Assembly: GCF_039654945.1 (NCBI RefSeq)
Contig: NW_027361672.1
Location: 12,338,001 to 12,402,000, forward strand
Length of the DNA: 64,000 bases
Direction: 5' to 3'
Source: Dendrobates tinctorius
Lineage: Eukaryota
Under the pieces are notes generated by a model that saw only the letters and a program-made list of their open reading frames with translations, was not told the DNA's origin and did no database searches. Of the stretch, positions 51,354-64,000 are shown piece after piece (position 1 is the stretch's first letter; each line of letters opens with the position of its first letter). The position numbers and the translations under genes were made by a program.

Positions 51354-51719
51354 TTAGTCTCCATGTACCAGGCAGAAATGAGTGACAGGAGCCTGATTGG
51401 TGGACAGATTTCGGTGTCAAACAGCGGAGGCTTTTTAAGCCTGGCATTCCTGTCAGAACTCTCACAGCACCTTGGATTTTGAAGAAACAGCTGCCCGTCC
51501 TCCCTTATGCAGAATGTCGTCGTGGTATTTATTAGATGGGTGCTCGCACAGCTATGCTGGGTGGAGATTGGGTGGTTTTAAGTTGCTATGGAGTAATGAA
51601 TTTTTATGGTTGGTTATTGGTTTTATATATTTAATATTTGAGTAACCATTAATAAATACCGCGGCCTTTTATCTGGACACCATGTATCGTGTTTCATTTA
51701 GTTAGTTGGGAAGGTGTTA

Positions 51720-52074
51720 GGCTGTGTGCACACGCTGCGGATTCTGCTGCGGATCCGCAGCGGATTTGGCTGCTGCTGAGCTGCAGCAGTTTTTGCTGCG
51801 GTGTACAGTAGCATTCTAACCTATGGGAATAAAAAACCGTAGTGCAGAGCCTGCGGAATTTTCCACTCTGATTTGCTGTGGTTTCAAAACCGCAGAAAGA
51901 ATTGACATGTCAATTCTTTTTGCAGATTTCGCTGCGGTTTGCCATCTCCTCCATTGTGGAGATGAAAAACCGCAGGCCAATCCGCAGGTAAAACCGCAGG
52001 TCTTTTGACCAGCAGATTTTACAAAATCCGCGCGGCCAAATCCGCAGAGCATTCCGCAACGTGTGCACATAGCC
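51720..52074. mobile_element. Harbinger-type MITE (ccgca/tgcgg family), inverted relative to 22159-22544
   Basis: TIR ggctgtgtgcacacg...cgtgtgcacatagcc; exact TTA duplication. Confidence 0.9.
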
Positions 52075-53345
52075 TTAAGGGGTGGGGTGGTTTGGTTCTT
52101 GCCTTCCCATGAACTTTCGTCATTGTAGTAAGTGGCACTGGAGTTAAGTTCTGGATTTTTTTACATGCAGTTTAGTATATATAACGACTCTCAGAAATTT
52201 GGGTAAAGCCCCAACCTATATATGTAACTTGATGTCGCTGTTCTGTTGTACATTCGATGCTAGGACTGTGGATGCTGCGTGCTTAGTGCTGAATTTACTG
52301 CTACCCGTTATTTATGTCCCCCTTGCTCATGGTTCTTAAAGAAGAGAGCTAATTTACAATATTTTTTGGCATCGATAAACTATGTCAAGTACATAAATTT
52401 GATGAACCGGGCTTCATTTGCTTTTTTTTTTTTCTTTTGTTGCTATTCCTTTTCTTCTGACCTTGACCTCATCGGTGTTATGCGAGTTCATGGTACGGCA
52501 TCCTGTACATGTAAGGTAACTTAAACTTTTCCAAAATCCGATCTTGACACAGATATCACTTTTTTTTTTTTTTTTATTTCTAGGCTTGTGCGATCATGAC
52601 ACACCATTAACAAAGCAGCTTAGAAGAAATGTGTGGTTTTGTGGCGTTTAATAGACTTGCTGGCAGACATTCAAAGATTACTGTAGTTAATTATTTGTTT
52701 GCTGAGTAAAGGAGGGAGCAGTTTTCTGTCTAATCTTGTTCTGGTTTCTTATAGTTCACAAAATACTCTGTGATATTATCATCCTTTGTGAATGAAGTGC
52801 AATTTCCAACAGGTATAGTGGGCCCAAGTTTTGCAGTCACACCTGGACACCGGAGCCTAATGAAGTCCAAAAGGTGCTATACGGGATGACCAGTTATGTT
52901 TTAAAGACCTCTTGATAATTGAGGTCCTTGTTGGAGAGTTTGCATTTTGGTCCACAAACTCAGTTACGCCACTAATCACTAAGTGTTACTGTAATGTATC
53001 TTCACATTGCAATTTTGAAAGCTTTTAAAGTATCATAAAGACTAGTTGGTTCGACTTTATTCGCTTGTCCCATTCCATCAGCCATGACCGTGGTCTGTAG
53101 CAGCTGCACAAGTGTGAGAGAACTGCCTCTGGTGGCATTCACTACTGTTCTTTTAATTAGCTTGCCTAGCACAACTTTGTCATTGGGGTGAGAAACGCGT
53201 GACGTCGTGCCAGACTTCCTAACCAAAAGAGGAGCTGCAGATGTCCATAAGTTTGGAGGTTGTACTTCCTCTAACATAAAGACACCAGAGACCATTGTTA
53301 TGACCAGTCAAATGGAACATTGCCATCAATTTGTAACTACTCTAA

Positions 53346-53731
53346 GACTACTTTCACACTGCGTTCAGCCCTGTTGGGGCTTACGGCCAAACTCCCCGCA
53401 AAACAGGATTTGGACATATTCGCCGCCGCGGCCATAGACTAAAATGGTGCCAACAGAATCACCGCACCATGTGCTGTCGTACATCATTTTCGGGTGTATA
53501 TGTCTACATGAGGTGGACACCTAGACACAGTCTACTATGCTGTAGTCTCCACCTCCTGTAGGCGTACCCTCCTGAAAATGATGCACGTCAAAGCTCACAT
53601 TCGTTCAGTTGGCACAATTGTAGTCTATGGCCTCATTGGCACATACGCCCGAATTCCGGTTTGCCGGGGGTTCGCACCTAAGCCCTGATGGGGCCACTGA
53701 ACGGGTTCCAAAACGCAATTTGAAAGCATCC
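53346..53731. mobile_element. Decayed palindromic Harbinger-type MITE
   Basis: TAA-gactactttcacactgcgtt...aacgcaatttgaaagcatcc-TTA, with imperfect internal symmetry. Confidence 0.6.
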
Positions 53732-54482
53732 TTATAATGGCCTACTTATGGATCTCTTAAAATGTACCGTAAATGAACACTGAACATATATATTGTAAGT
53801 ATATTGCATTACTCTGCTTCTACTGGTCTGTAGTTACAACATGTAGTGTAGCCTGGAGCTGTGTTCACTATTCGACTTCATTGAGAGCCTGATATTTCCC
53901 TGCATTCCTTCATGGTTCAGTGACTATACAGAGCTTGCCCTTGTGATTTGCATTCTGACAAGTTTAGTTTTAACACCAGACAATTAAAGCTTTTCCATCT
54001 ATACACTCTTTTTAAATGTTGACCTTCGCCTTTTCCAATGCAGTCGCTCTCCATTGCTGCTCCCAGTGATTGTTGACAGGCTTCAGATATGATGTCATAG
54101 CTACAGCGCTAGTGACTGCTGTAGGGAGTAGCTGGTTTCCGCCAAGAGACCCATGTAATAAGCGCAAGCTTATGGGCTCAGTGATTGGCTGCAGTAGTGA
54201 TGCACACTGTTGTGATGTCCCCGCTGCAGCCAAAATGCAGATGCTGGAGATGGGGAGTACTATCTTGCTTTGTTTTAGGGAGGAAAAATAATTGCTACAG
54301 CATTCTAGAAGCTCAATTAACCCCTTTCTGACACCAGGTGGATGGAAGGACTCTGGAGCTAAGCCTGCACCATACCTGACAGATGCCAAGTGTGTTATAC
54401 TCCAAGCATCTGCCTGTAATAGCAGCAATCAAAGCTGCTGTTAGCATCTTAAATTCTGGGTAAATCTGACAGATTTGTTTAA

Positions 54483-55833
54483 CCCCTTAACAACCACCAA
54501 TGCGCCTTTTAATGGTGGCAGTTAAGGGTACTTATTCCTCTGCACAGCTTTTTAACAATGCTGAGAAATAAGGTTATAGCGCCCCCCCCAGCGTTGGAAA
54601 ATCCCTGGAGCCTCGGTTACCGAGGGTAGCTGAAACCCCGGAGAACATGATTCGGGTCGGTTTTTATCTTCCCCAGTGTTGTGATTGCTGTTATTCACCA
54701 AATAACGGCGACTGCAAAAAAAAGAAAAAAATGATTTCCCATTTATTTCTCTCTCCTTCTGAGAGAAATGGGGTCCCCTGAGCCCCCCCCCCCCCCCCCG
54801 CGGTACCTCCAGTGTCCTCTGGCGTTTTCTTCCAGGAAGAAAATGGCGGGTGAATACTCGGTGCGCTCACTGAGATCTGCCGACCGGCTGGGTTTATGGT
54901 TGTAGTGTTGGGGTTACTGTTGTTGTTAGGGTTGGGATTAGGGTCAGGGGTAGGGCTGTGTTAGGGTTGGAGTTAGCATGGGGGGTTTTCCACTGTTTAG
55001 GTTGATCAGGGGGTCTCCAGCCAGTTTTGGGTTCAAATAGTCAAACAGTGCTCCCTCCCTTCCGAGCCCTGCCATGCACACACACAGTGGCTTTCCCCCA
55101 CATACGGGGTATCGGTGTACTCAGGAGAAATTGCACAACAAATTTTATAGTCCATTTTCTCTTGATAACCTTGTGAAAATAAAAAAAAAGTTTGGGTATA
55201 ACGTAAATTTTTTGTGACAAAAGTAAAATGTTAATTTTTTGTCTTCCAAATTACTTTAGTTCTCGTGAAGCACCTGAAGGGTTAATAAACTTCTTGACTC
55301 TGGTTTTGGGCACCTTGAGGGGTGCAGTTTTTGGAATGGTATCACTTTTGGGTATTTTCTGTCACATTGACCCTCTCAAACTCGCTTCACATGTGAAGTG
55401 GTCCCTAAAAAAAATGGCTTTGTAAATTTTGTTGGAAAAATGAGAAATCGCTGGTCAACTTTTAACCCTTATAACGTCCTAACAAAAAAAAAAAAAAATT
55501 GTTTCCAAAATTGTGCTGATACATGTGGGAAATGTTATTAACCATTTTGTGCCATATGACTCTCTGATTTAAAGGCACACAAACTAAAAGTTTAAAAATT
55601 GCAACATTTTTCAAAATTTTTGTCAAATTACCGTATTTTTCATGAATAAATGCAAGCCATATCGAAGAAATTTTAACACTAGCATTAAGTACAATATGTC
55701 ACGAAAAAACAATCAGTGTGATGCATTGAAGCGTTCCAGAGCTAAAACCTCTTAAAGTGACAGTGGTTAGAATTGTAGAATTGTAAAAATTAGCTTGGTC
55801 ATTGAGTGCAAAATTGGCTCTGTCACTAAGGGG
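54483..55833 (-). mobile_element. Complete non-autonomous piggyBac-like element
   Basis: TTAA-CCCCTTA...TAAGGGG-TTAA; reverse-complement homology to the element starting at 10263; degenerate (GGGTTA)n at ~54900-54975. Confidence 0.85.
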
Positions 55834-57286
55834 TTAAAGCACCACCTCAGCATCTCCACTTCATCTGCTATCGGCCCTGCTTTGGTCACCTTCTGCAGTT
55901 TGTGATCTGTTGGACCACTCCAGGGTTTGCTGGATGAGCCAGAGGTCAGTTGTCTATGCAAATCTATAAGAACCAGAACAAGGTTCCTACAGGCTTGACT
56001 TGAGGTTTTATTCAGAAATTGTGGTCAGAAGATGGCAGTGCCGGACCGGAGAGGCATCAGTAAGAGCTGAAGATGGTGGCTAGCAAGTATATTAGTAGGG
56101 TCAGGAGACAAACACTAGTGGCACCACTCCAGCCCTGAAATACAAGTCATCAGTAACTCGCAGTTGTGTTGGTCTGATGCGTAACGGACTATTGCAGGCT
56201 GCTCTCTACTTCCATGAAGCTTAGACACATGCTGGGCTTTATCAGAGACCATGGGGTTACCTATATACTGAAATACAGTTTTGTTGCACTGTATAGATCA
56301 GACAATGGGAAATTCAAGTCCCCTAATGAAAGTTAAAAAAAAAAAAAATGGTAAAAGAGGAATAAAAAAACCCAAAACATAAAACTAACATACTCGGTAC
56401 TTACTACATGGAGGGCACACTGTTTTATCTGCCCCTTTATCTTTCTGCCAGCCTCCATGTGCCACCACAGTGGTTATCCTCCCCTAGTGGCGATCAGTCT
56501 TTGGCTGATGACCAACATAAGCTCCCCCCCCCCCCACAGTTAATAGGTCCAGCTTGGGGGGGGCTCCAGCTTCTGTCAGTTGTTTTACAGCCACACACAA
56601 CGTGTGGGGGTGAGGGGGGCATCAACTGTGAGATGAGGCAAAATAGGATCATAAAATGAGGAAATTGCGATGGAAATACTGTGATATGTTTTTGTTTTTT
56701 TCTTTCCTATCTGAATCTATTTATCTTAGTAGTGTGTTACGTAACAAATAAGCACATGCTTTTACAGAAAGCAGTATGGTTGGAAATCACATGTTTGTGC
56801 ATTCATATAGTGGTGTATTTTGCTTGATCTGTGTTCTATAATTACGGTAATTCTGATAGCGTGAAAAACTGCTAATGACATTGGGAATCATGGGAGCAAA
56901 ATGTGTAAGACTATTTCCGATCATTTAATTCTTCTTCTCTTTGCTTTATTGCACTCCCATGTTAGTAAATGGGAAGAGGGGGAGCAGGTTATTGTATGCA
57001 ATGTGAAATTGTAAGTGATCAGATGGGAAGTTCTTTCATTAAGCTCACAAGCAGTGTAAAGTCATGGAAACCTCTGTGCATAAACTCACTGGAATACACA
57101 CATTTCCTTCTCCTTATGAAGGTATTGTTCTGAGCGCTGTAATGGACAGGCCATGCTACTTCTCTTTTCTTCTTCCACACACAGCAGCATTAAAAATAAG
57201 AAGTGGAACCTGAGCAACTGTATGGTTTTCCTTCTTTATACCAGTTTTTTTTTAAAAGCTCACTAATAAAAATAGTTGTTAGCTAA

Positions 57287-57688
57287 GGGTTCTTTTACAC
57301 TTACCGGGTTTTTTGCGGCCTGTTATTGCGGCCCATTTTTGCGGGCTGTATCACCGCAATTTTCACGGTCTGCCACAATTACGCACCGCAAAAAAACGGA
57401 TCGCTGTTTTATAGGTTTCTAATACTATGGAAAAAGTATTGGGAAAAAAAAACGGCGTTCCGCAAAACCGGAAGTGACGTGCACTGCAAAAACAACTTCC
57501 ATTGTTTTTGCGGCCCCATTTTCTTTGGGGGCCGTGTCCATAAGCTGTGAAAAGATCGATCTTTGTGCATGGCTGCGAATACAGCCCTCACAGCCATACG
57601 GCGCACCGTGGAATTTTTGAGGGCCGATTTTGCGGCCCCCATAGAAATCTATGGGGGCCGCAAAAACACGGTAAATGTAAGAGAAGCC
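57287..57688. mobile_element. Harbinger-type MITE
   Basis: Imperfect TIR gggttcttttacacttaccg...cggtaaatgtaagagaagcc; TAA and TTA flanks. Confidence 0.8.
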
Positions 57689-58140
57689 TTAATGTTCTGT
57701 ATACTTTATGGAAAACCTTCCTTATGTTGTTCTGCAGATTGATGGAAAAACAATTAAGGAAACTTTGTCTTCTCTCCCCCATGAGAAAAATCTTAAGTTT
57801 GGCCAACTATTCATATGTATGGAGAGTCAGGAGAGAGAACTTTTTGCCGAATGAATGTTCTTGGATGTATAGGTGCCTTTAGACGTTCCCTAATACCTAA
57901 ACCTGATTTCTACCATCTCTGAAAATAGATGTTCTTTTGTGTGTGTACAAAGTCCACACATTGTTCATCTTCATGCCTTCTCTGGTTGCCACATTTTATC
58001 TAGCTGCTTAAAATGTTTTGGAGATTGTAGCCAAATGACATAATCCAACTGTTTTGTTGCCCCAAGCAGTCCTTAGAAGTGTTGTCCAGACAATTACAGA
58101 TGGCCAAATATTTTTATTTCTTGTTCTCCTAGACGCTTAA

Positions 58141-58910
58141 GGCCCTTTTACATTTAAGGGCATGTCACACTAAGAGATATCGCTAGCAATATAGCTATAA
58201 CTTGTGACGTTATAGCGATATTGCTAGCGATATCGCTATGTCTGATACTTACCTACAAACCGCTCCCCCGCTGGTTAGCGCTGATCGCGCGAGAACAGGC
58301 TGGACTGTTTCTCGTCGTCAGCTTCCTGCGGCGCTTCCTGTTGTGACGACGAGCGACGCGTGGAGCCGGGCGGGAGGACGCAGGATCGCCTGGTGTGACA
58401 GGTAAGTAGCGACCCCCGTCCCCAGCGATGTCGCTTTTGAGATCTGCCTGTGTGGCCGCTCACTAGCAACCACTTCGCTGGTACCCAGCGATCCTGACCG
58501 CGTCATATCGCTGGTTGGGATCGCTGGTACATCGCTGAGTGTGACAGGGCCTTTAGCGATGCACCAGCGATCCGACGCGGTCAGGATCGCTGGTGCATCG
58601 CTAAATGATCGCTAGTGAGCTTTCACACAGAAAGATCTCACAGCGATGCAGCAGCGACGCAGCGCACGATACTCACCTTTTACACACAGCGATCCTGACG
58701 TCCTCCAGCCCGCCTCTACGCGTCACTCGTCTCACACAGCAGGAAGCCCAGCAGGAAGCAGACGACGAGAAATGGAGCCGCGCGATCAGCGATGGACAGC
58801 GGGGGAGCCGGTCGGAGGTAAGTATCACACATAGCGATATCGCTATAACGTCACAAAACCAGTGACGTTTTAGCGATATTGCTAGCGATATCGCTATGTG
58901 TAAAACACCC
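58141..58910. mobile_element. Two nested gcgat-family Harbinger MITEs (inner copy 58157-58552 inside the outer copy's left TIR)
   Basis: Inner copy is flanked by TTA (58154-58156 and 58553-58555). Removing it restores ggcccttttacatttagcgat, which matches the outer right end atcgctatgtgtaaaacaccc. Confidence 0.85.
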
Positions 58911-59860
58911 TTAACACTACACTCTCTAAGGTTGGAAACGACCAGTCCAATAATAGATTAAGTCAAGATTTCGATGCGTCATGTCTATTGGCCATTTCTT
59001 TGAGGATTTGTACAATATAGTCCTCTTTTAGTGTAAAAGGTGTCTTCAATATGTAATTTAAATCTCTTCCCACAAAAGAAAATGTAATTTGGAATAGTTT
59101 TGAGAATAAAATTTGACCTGATGCAAATGGTCAGGCCACTCAATCGAATTTAAGAGATAATATAGTTTATAGGCAATTTGTAAATCAATTTATTTAAAAT
59201 GATTTAATTTAAAGCACCGTTAATTCCAAATGGCTGTGCATGTTAAAGGGAACCACAGGGGGAATGAACCTGATCCTGTCTGCGTGATTGCAGCCAGGTC
59301 TGTTTTACTCTGAAACACCACAGCATTTTAGAGAAAAGCATACTTTGAAAAGTTGGCCGAAAATTGCATCTGACGGAGTCGTCTGAGGTAGGTCCCCAGC
59401 AAGTTTCTCTCAATCCCTTTTTTTACACATAGGGAAAGAACGGTCAGTCAACAACAATGTTGTGGTTTGGAGAAGCCGGCTGGAGTCCACCTCTGACTAG
59501 TCAGTTAAAATCCATAGTCCCCGGGCAGCTCTTCAAACATCTCCAGCTGCAGTCACGCTGACACTACCTGGCTGATGCTACAAGTGGGCTCGGGCAGCAT
59601 GAATCTCATGATGGGTTCCCTTTTTTAAAGCGGATATATGATTGGAAAATTACTTTAATTTGGGTTTTGCTTTAGAAATATACTTAACTTTTTTTTTTTG
59701 TAATTCATGTTTATATCCTAATCTGTATTTAAGAAAAAAAAAAAGGCAATCTGTCACTTTTCACATTGGCCACTAGGACTACTTTAGATTCTTACTTGTG
59801 TCCTTTCAGGAAGAGTTTACAGCAGTTCTTAATCCCTGGCAGGATTAAAATGACAGGTAA

Positions 59861-60083
59861 AGGTCCCGTTACATTAACAATGCACCAGCGATCCTGACAA
59901 CGATACAACCCTGTCAGGATCGCTGGTGCATCGCTAAATGATCGCTAGTGAGCTTTCACACAGGCAGATCTCACAGCGACATAGCAGCGATCTAGCGGTC
60001 GTTACTTACCTTTCAGACGAGGCGATCCTGATGTCCTCCCGTCCGCGTCCACGCGTCGCTTGTCGGCGCCAGCAGGAAGCCCA
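59861..60083. mobile_element. Truncated gcgat-family Harbinger MITE
   Basis: Colinear with 58556-58750 and 20470 onward; right half absent. Confidence 0.75.
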
Positions 60084-60909
60084 GATTCTATACACAACTG
60101 ATAACGCAGCATCCATCATAATGGTGCTGTCACAGCTGACCCTGCGCCCAACCCCCTTCACAATAACCTTTCAAATCATCATGAAATGCTTCAGTACAAA
60201 AGGTAGGGTCTGATCCAGTCCATTGCTGCTAATGTGCATATAGATTTCCTGAAAACAGAAGCATAAGTGAAGAATTGGCCCAGGGGCCAGTGTGAAAATT
60301 TATCAGATTTCTAATAAAAAAAAAAAAATATATATATATTTTTTTTTTTTAAAATACAAGTCTTTATATGGGGAAAAAATATTGCCAAAAGGAAAAAAAA
60401 TACTTTTAATACAAAAGTCTTATTTAAACAAGTCCTTTTCTGAAAATACATTCTGTTTAAGAGGATTCATAAGATATAAGGCAAAGAAAATTAACATAAA
60501 TGGGACCCTACCCTATTAAAGACAATAGGTTGGGGGTTGAAAACAGCTCAGTTGGTAATGAGGTGGGAGCAGTATTATTGTAGGTTTAGGGCGTTTTTGA
60601 GGAGATAATTTACAACTTATCATTTCAATGTTTCAATAATGGCAATAATGGAGGACCATCTGATGTGCTCAGGTAGCCAGTTCCTGATTATGGGTGGTGT
60701 ATAGCAAAAAAATCTTGAGCTAATTGTGTGTGCAGACAAGAGGAGGCCAAAGAAGGAGAACTTGTCAGAATCTGGGATTAGTTATTGAGGTAGCCCAGGA
60801 GATTGTCAGACATGTATGGAGGGCCTCCTTGTATGTCAGAGTTGCTAGATGAGAGGTCACAGAGAAGTACATTTCAGTAGTCAGGTGGAAGATAATGACT
60901 GCATGCACT

Positions 60910-61495
60910 CAGGGTCGGTGTCACCACCCAGCGCACCCGGGCAAGTTCCGGAGCACTGCACAAACGGGGGCCCACTCAACGTTCTGACCAGGCTGGAAGG
61001 TGATGGGCCAGCAAACACTTCAGCTGGATGTGCGTCCTCGGGTACGTATTCAGCTGAAGCGTATTGCAGCACACAGACCCATGAGGTTCATGCTCTGTGA
61101 TACATGCTACCAGCCAATCAGAGGCCGGCAGCTGATGTCAGCGTACACGTGACCGGGGCGCATTGCAGTGACGTCATGCGCTTCTGTTGCTTGCACACTG
61201 AAGTCAACTAACTGCTTCATAAGAGGATTTTGCGCTGCGAGGAGGCGCAGCGGTGGGTAGGTGAGGGTTGTTTTTTTTTTTTTTTTAAATCCTTGAGTAC
61301 ACGGTGGCTGTAGTACTACATGGATCACTATGGGCTGTTCATTATACTATGTGGATGACAGTAGTAGTGAAATCTTTGGCATTATACTATACTTATATGC
61401 TTCTGCTGTATCTGTGTATCATGATTTGTGGCATGTGTTAAAGGGGCCCACTGAGACTTTCGCCAAGGTTCCACAAATACTTGGAGCCGGTCCTG
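60910..61495. mobile_element. Old non-autonomous hAT-like element
   Basis: Ends CAGGGTCGG...CCGGTCCTG; flanking 8-mers CATGCACT and CGTGCATT match at 6 of 8 positions, both differences being transitions. Confidence 0.6.
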
Positions 61496-62177
61496 CGTGC
61501 ATTTTCTTTGTTGACTTGGGGTGGTAACATGACCCTCACAGATCATGCATCGATAACTAATCCTAAGGAAAGGTAATCAATATAAAAGTGCTGGAAAACC
61601 CCTGTAACTCTGTATGTACAAGTATATATTTAAGCTACCGTATGTGGACAGCGGTGTCTCAAGTGAACCGACTGGTGTCTGGTGTAGCAGTGGGGCATGG
61701 AAACTAATAAAGAGGACAAGGTTGGACATTATAATGAAAACCCAGTGACTTTTTTTTTTTTACATATGTCACTACCAGTCTTCACAAGGCCAAAAACTAA
61801 TACTATACATGTATGTTCCATAGTGAGCTAACTGGTGCCACTCTCCCCACTGAAATAAAGGATCAATAGAGGAATTTATGAAGATCGTCACGTTAATATG
61901 TGGTCGCGATGTTTTATTTCATATTGATAATTAGCTTGGAAAACCCCTGTAAGTGCATAGACTTAAAGTGAAATATGTAGCAAAGGAAAGTTCTATTTCA
62001 TTAGAAGCAGAAACGGTGAGCTTGCCTCTGAGATTGCCCATGTGTATTATATGCCGACTACTGCCGCATCTTAATCAAGTGCTAGGACAAACCTATAAAT
62101 TGTAGCACATTGATGCCAACTTGTAAGGAAAATGTGAGTTTGTAAAATAATGCATATCCTGTAAAATACTCAGGACT

Positions 62178-64000
62178 AGTTACCAGATAAAAATATAGTG
62201 GTTTATTTGGTTTCTTCCATCAAAGAAAGGTTATTACAGAAAAACAGGTGAATAAAAATAGGTGAAAGAGAAATTGTCCATTAGATCATGCTCTGAGATC
62301 CCAAATGGCAAAAGCAACATGTATTCTTCTTCTCTCCGAGATCCTGAATAGCAAATGGCGTCTGTCTCTCAGTTCGGCTTCTTCGTAATAAAGTAACATA
62401 CCAGCTGTTGAGTTATGTCATCTTGCGTCTGTCTCTCATGATGGTGAGGGAAGAAGAGAGCGACCTCTACAGTTAGCCATGAATTATATACGTCTCCTAA
62501 AGCACGTGGTCTCTACATATATGGAGCTGTCTTTCTACCATGAGCCAAGCTTAAAAATAGCCTATGTCATGTAAGCTAAAGCATTCTACAGAACTGGGTG
62601 TAATAAGAAATTAACGGATTATTAATATTTAACAATTCCCCCTTTTGAGGGAGACAGACATTAATTGGAACCCTCAAATATAACGATCTTTTTTTCTTCT
62701 TTTCTTCTTCTTTGACAAAATAATTTAATATCAATAATAATAATAATAATAATAATATTAGATTACCGTTATAAGTACTCAATGACATAATTGATGTGAA
62801 TTCATGTTATGGTAAGCCGTGAACAATATTCATATAAAATATGTATAATTATACTTCCCTAAGTCTAAATTGAAGCATCTCAGGTCCAGTCATCATCATC
62901 TGGTGTCATCTGGTCTTCATTTTGATGTCTTCTGTCTTCTTCTTGGTTCTTTTAAAAATACAGTTTTCTTATAGCATATAGATGTGTTGTGTATCAAATC
63001 AAAGTCCATAATTTCAAATGTTAATACGAAAACAAAGTCTATGCAGCTTTAATATCTGTGCAGTGTTATCTTTAAAAACCTGGGCTTACATTGGCTCGCC
63101 TTGGATATTCTGGAATCCTCCATCGGTACTGGTCTTTGAACAGGTGTGACGTCTTTGGTCAGCAAAGCAAGGGTTAAAATGACTCTTCCTTGCTAAACAT
63201 AGCACCATAACCAGTCCTTGTCCTAATGCACAGGACATATGTCAGGGTTGTAGCTTCCTGATAATTACCTTCATTGTTCACCAGCTTTCATCGAAGCTTT
63301 TCAGGTGATTGAAAACCTCTGGAACTTGATAAGAACGTGATAACACCGTTCATCTCAGCATCATAGGATCATCGTCCTCTGGTTGTCAGGTTAGACACTT
63401 TAATTGTGACTGTCGGTGGTGGATACTGCACTTGTGACTGTCAGTGGTGGATACTGCACTTGTGATTGACAGTGGTGAATACTGCATTTGTAATTAACAC
63501 AGTCTATTACTCAGTAATCATAGCTTTGTTACCTTCTGGGATTTCTGGATCGCGGCATTCTTCTTCTTGCAACTGATAAAAATCAATGAAGTTTAGAAAT
63601 GTGAAAAGTCTTTATTAACATAATTTCAGTATCTTGCTTGAAGTCTTCATTCCCTATTCTATACCAAATCTGGTAATTTCCCTATCCCATAATATCACAG
63701 CGTACCATAGCAATCAGTAATATCCATATAATTATTATCAGAATTTGTACTGTATATGGATTTCAATATTTGAAATAATAAACCAATAATAAGTGATAAT
63801 ACATTATTATCCATTTTTTTTTCATGTGATAGAACATTTTTTTATGTCATAGGTGTAATTACCTTTTTCAACCCATAGGTGTCACTGTGTTTTATGTAAC
63901 CAGTGTTATCATCTTTATTAATAAGGAATATATTCATTATACTAATAATATGTAGGAATGTAAAGCCATGAACCAAAATAAGAATATATGAGTGAGCGAA
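62178..64000 (-). mobile_element. Putative ERV-like element: 3' LTR (~62178-62634) plus internal region running off the window
   Basis: Minus strand reads AAAAGGGGGAAT then TGTT (polypurine tract, then LTR start at 62634), followed by TATATAA (~62490) and AATAAA (~62207). No recognisable gag, pol or env ORF; the far LTR boundary is uncertain. Confidence 0.55.

Noticed and set aside
51360-51715. Possible DIRS/Ngaro-like terminal fragment
   Set aside because: Only a general resemblance (AATAAA followed by gcggcc); no diagnostic repeats or ORF.
52555-52800. Strong polypyrimidine/AG acceptor as a candidate CARMIL1 exon 3
   Set aside because: The downstream sequence does not encode the expected VLTSCRAFL-like peptide; I found no exon 3 in this window by eye.
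53185-53206. GAAACGCGT motif typical of minimal hammerheads
   Set aside because: No upstream CUGANGA-type box or helix II.

Overview
Repeat-dense vertebrate genomic DNA. The transposon landscape (L2/CR1 LINEs, Tc1, TTAA-targeting T2/Kolobok-like and piggyBac-like elements, Harbinger and hAT MITEs) suggests a frog; this is an inference. One host gene is recognisable: the 5' end of CARMIL1 (LRRC16A) on the + strand. Coding exon 1 is at 17742-17781 and exon 2 at 26989-27086; the rest of the window is intron 2, with no exon 3 found. A ~33-copy 68-bp tandem array with higher-order structure sits directly upstream of the CpG-rich promoter. Nearly everything else is decayed or non-autonomous mobile DNA, often nested, and almost all ORFs in the supplied track are spurious or transposon-derived. 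The most notable item is a 564-bp insertion with a 15-bp target-site duplication inside a Tc1 transposase gene. It forms a ~213-bp-arm inverted repeat, and each arm carries a minimal type I hammerhead ribozyme with a U3-A8 core variant, consistent with a Penelope-like retroelement terminal repeat. Other highlights are a 2A/StopGo-like peptide in the L2 LINE, a MITE inserted head-to-head into its own family, and two uORFs before the CARMIL1 start codon. Coordinates were counted by hand; boundaries described as approximate are estimates.
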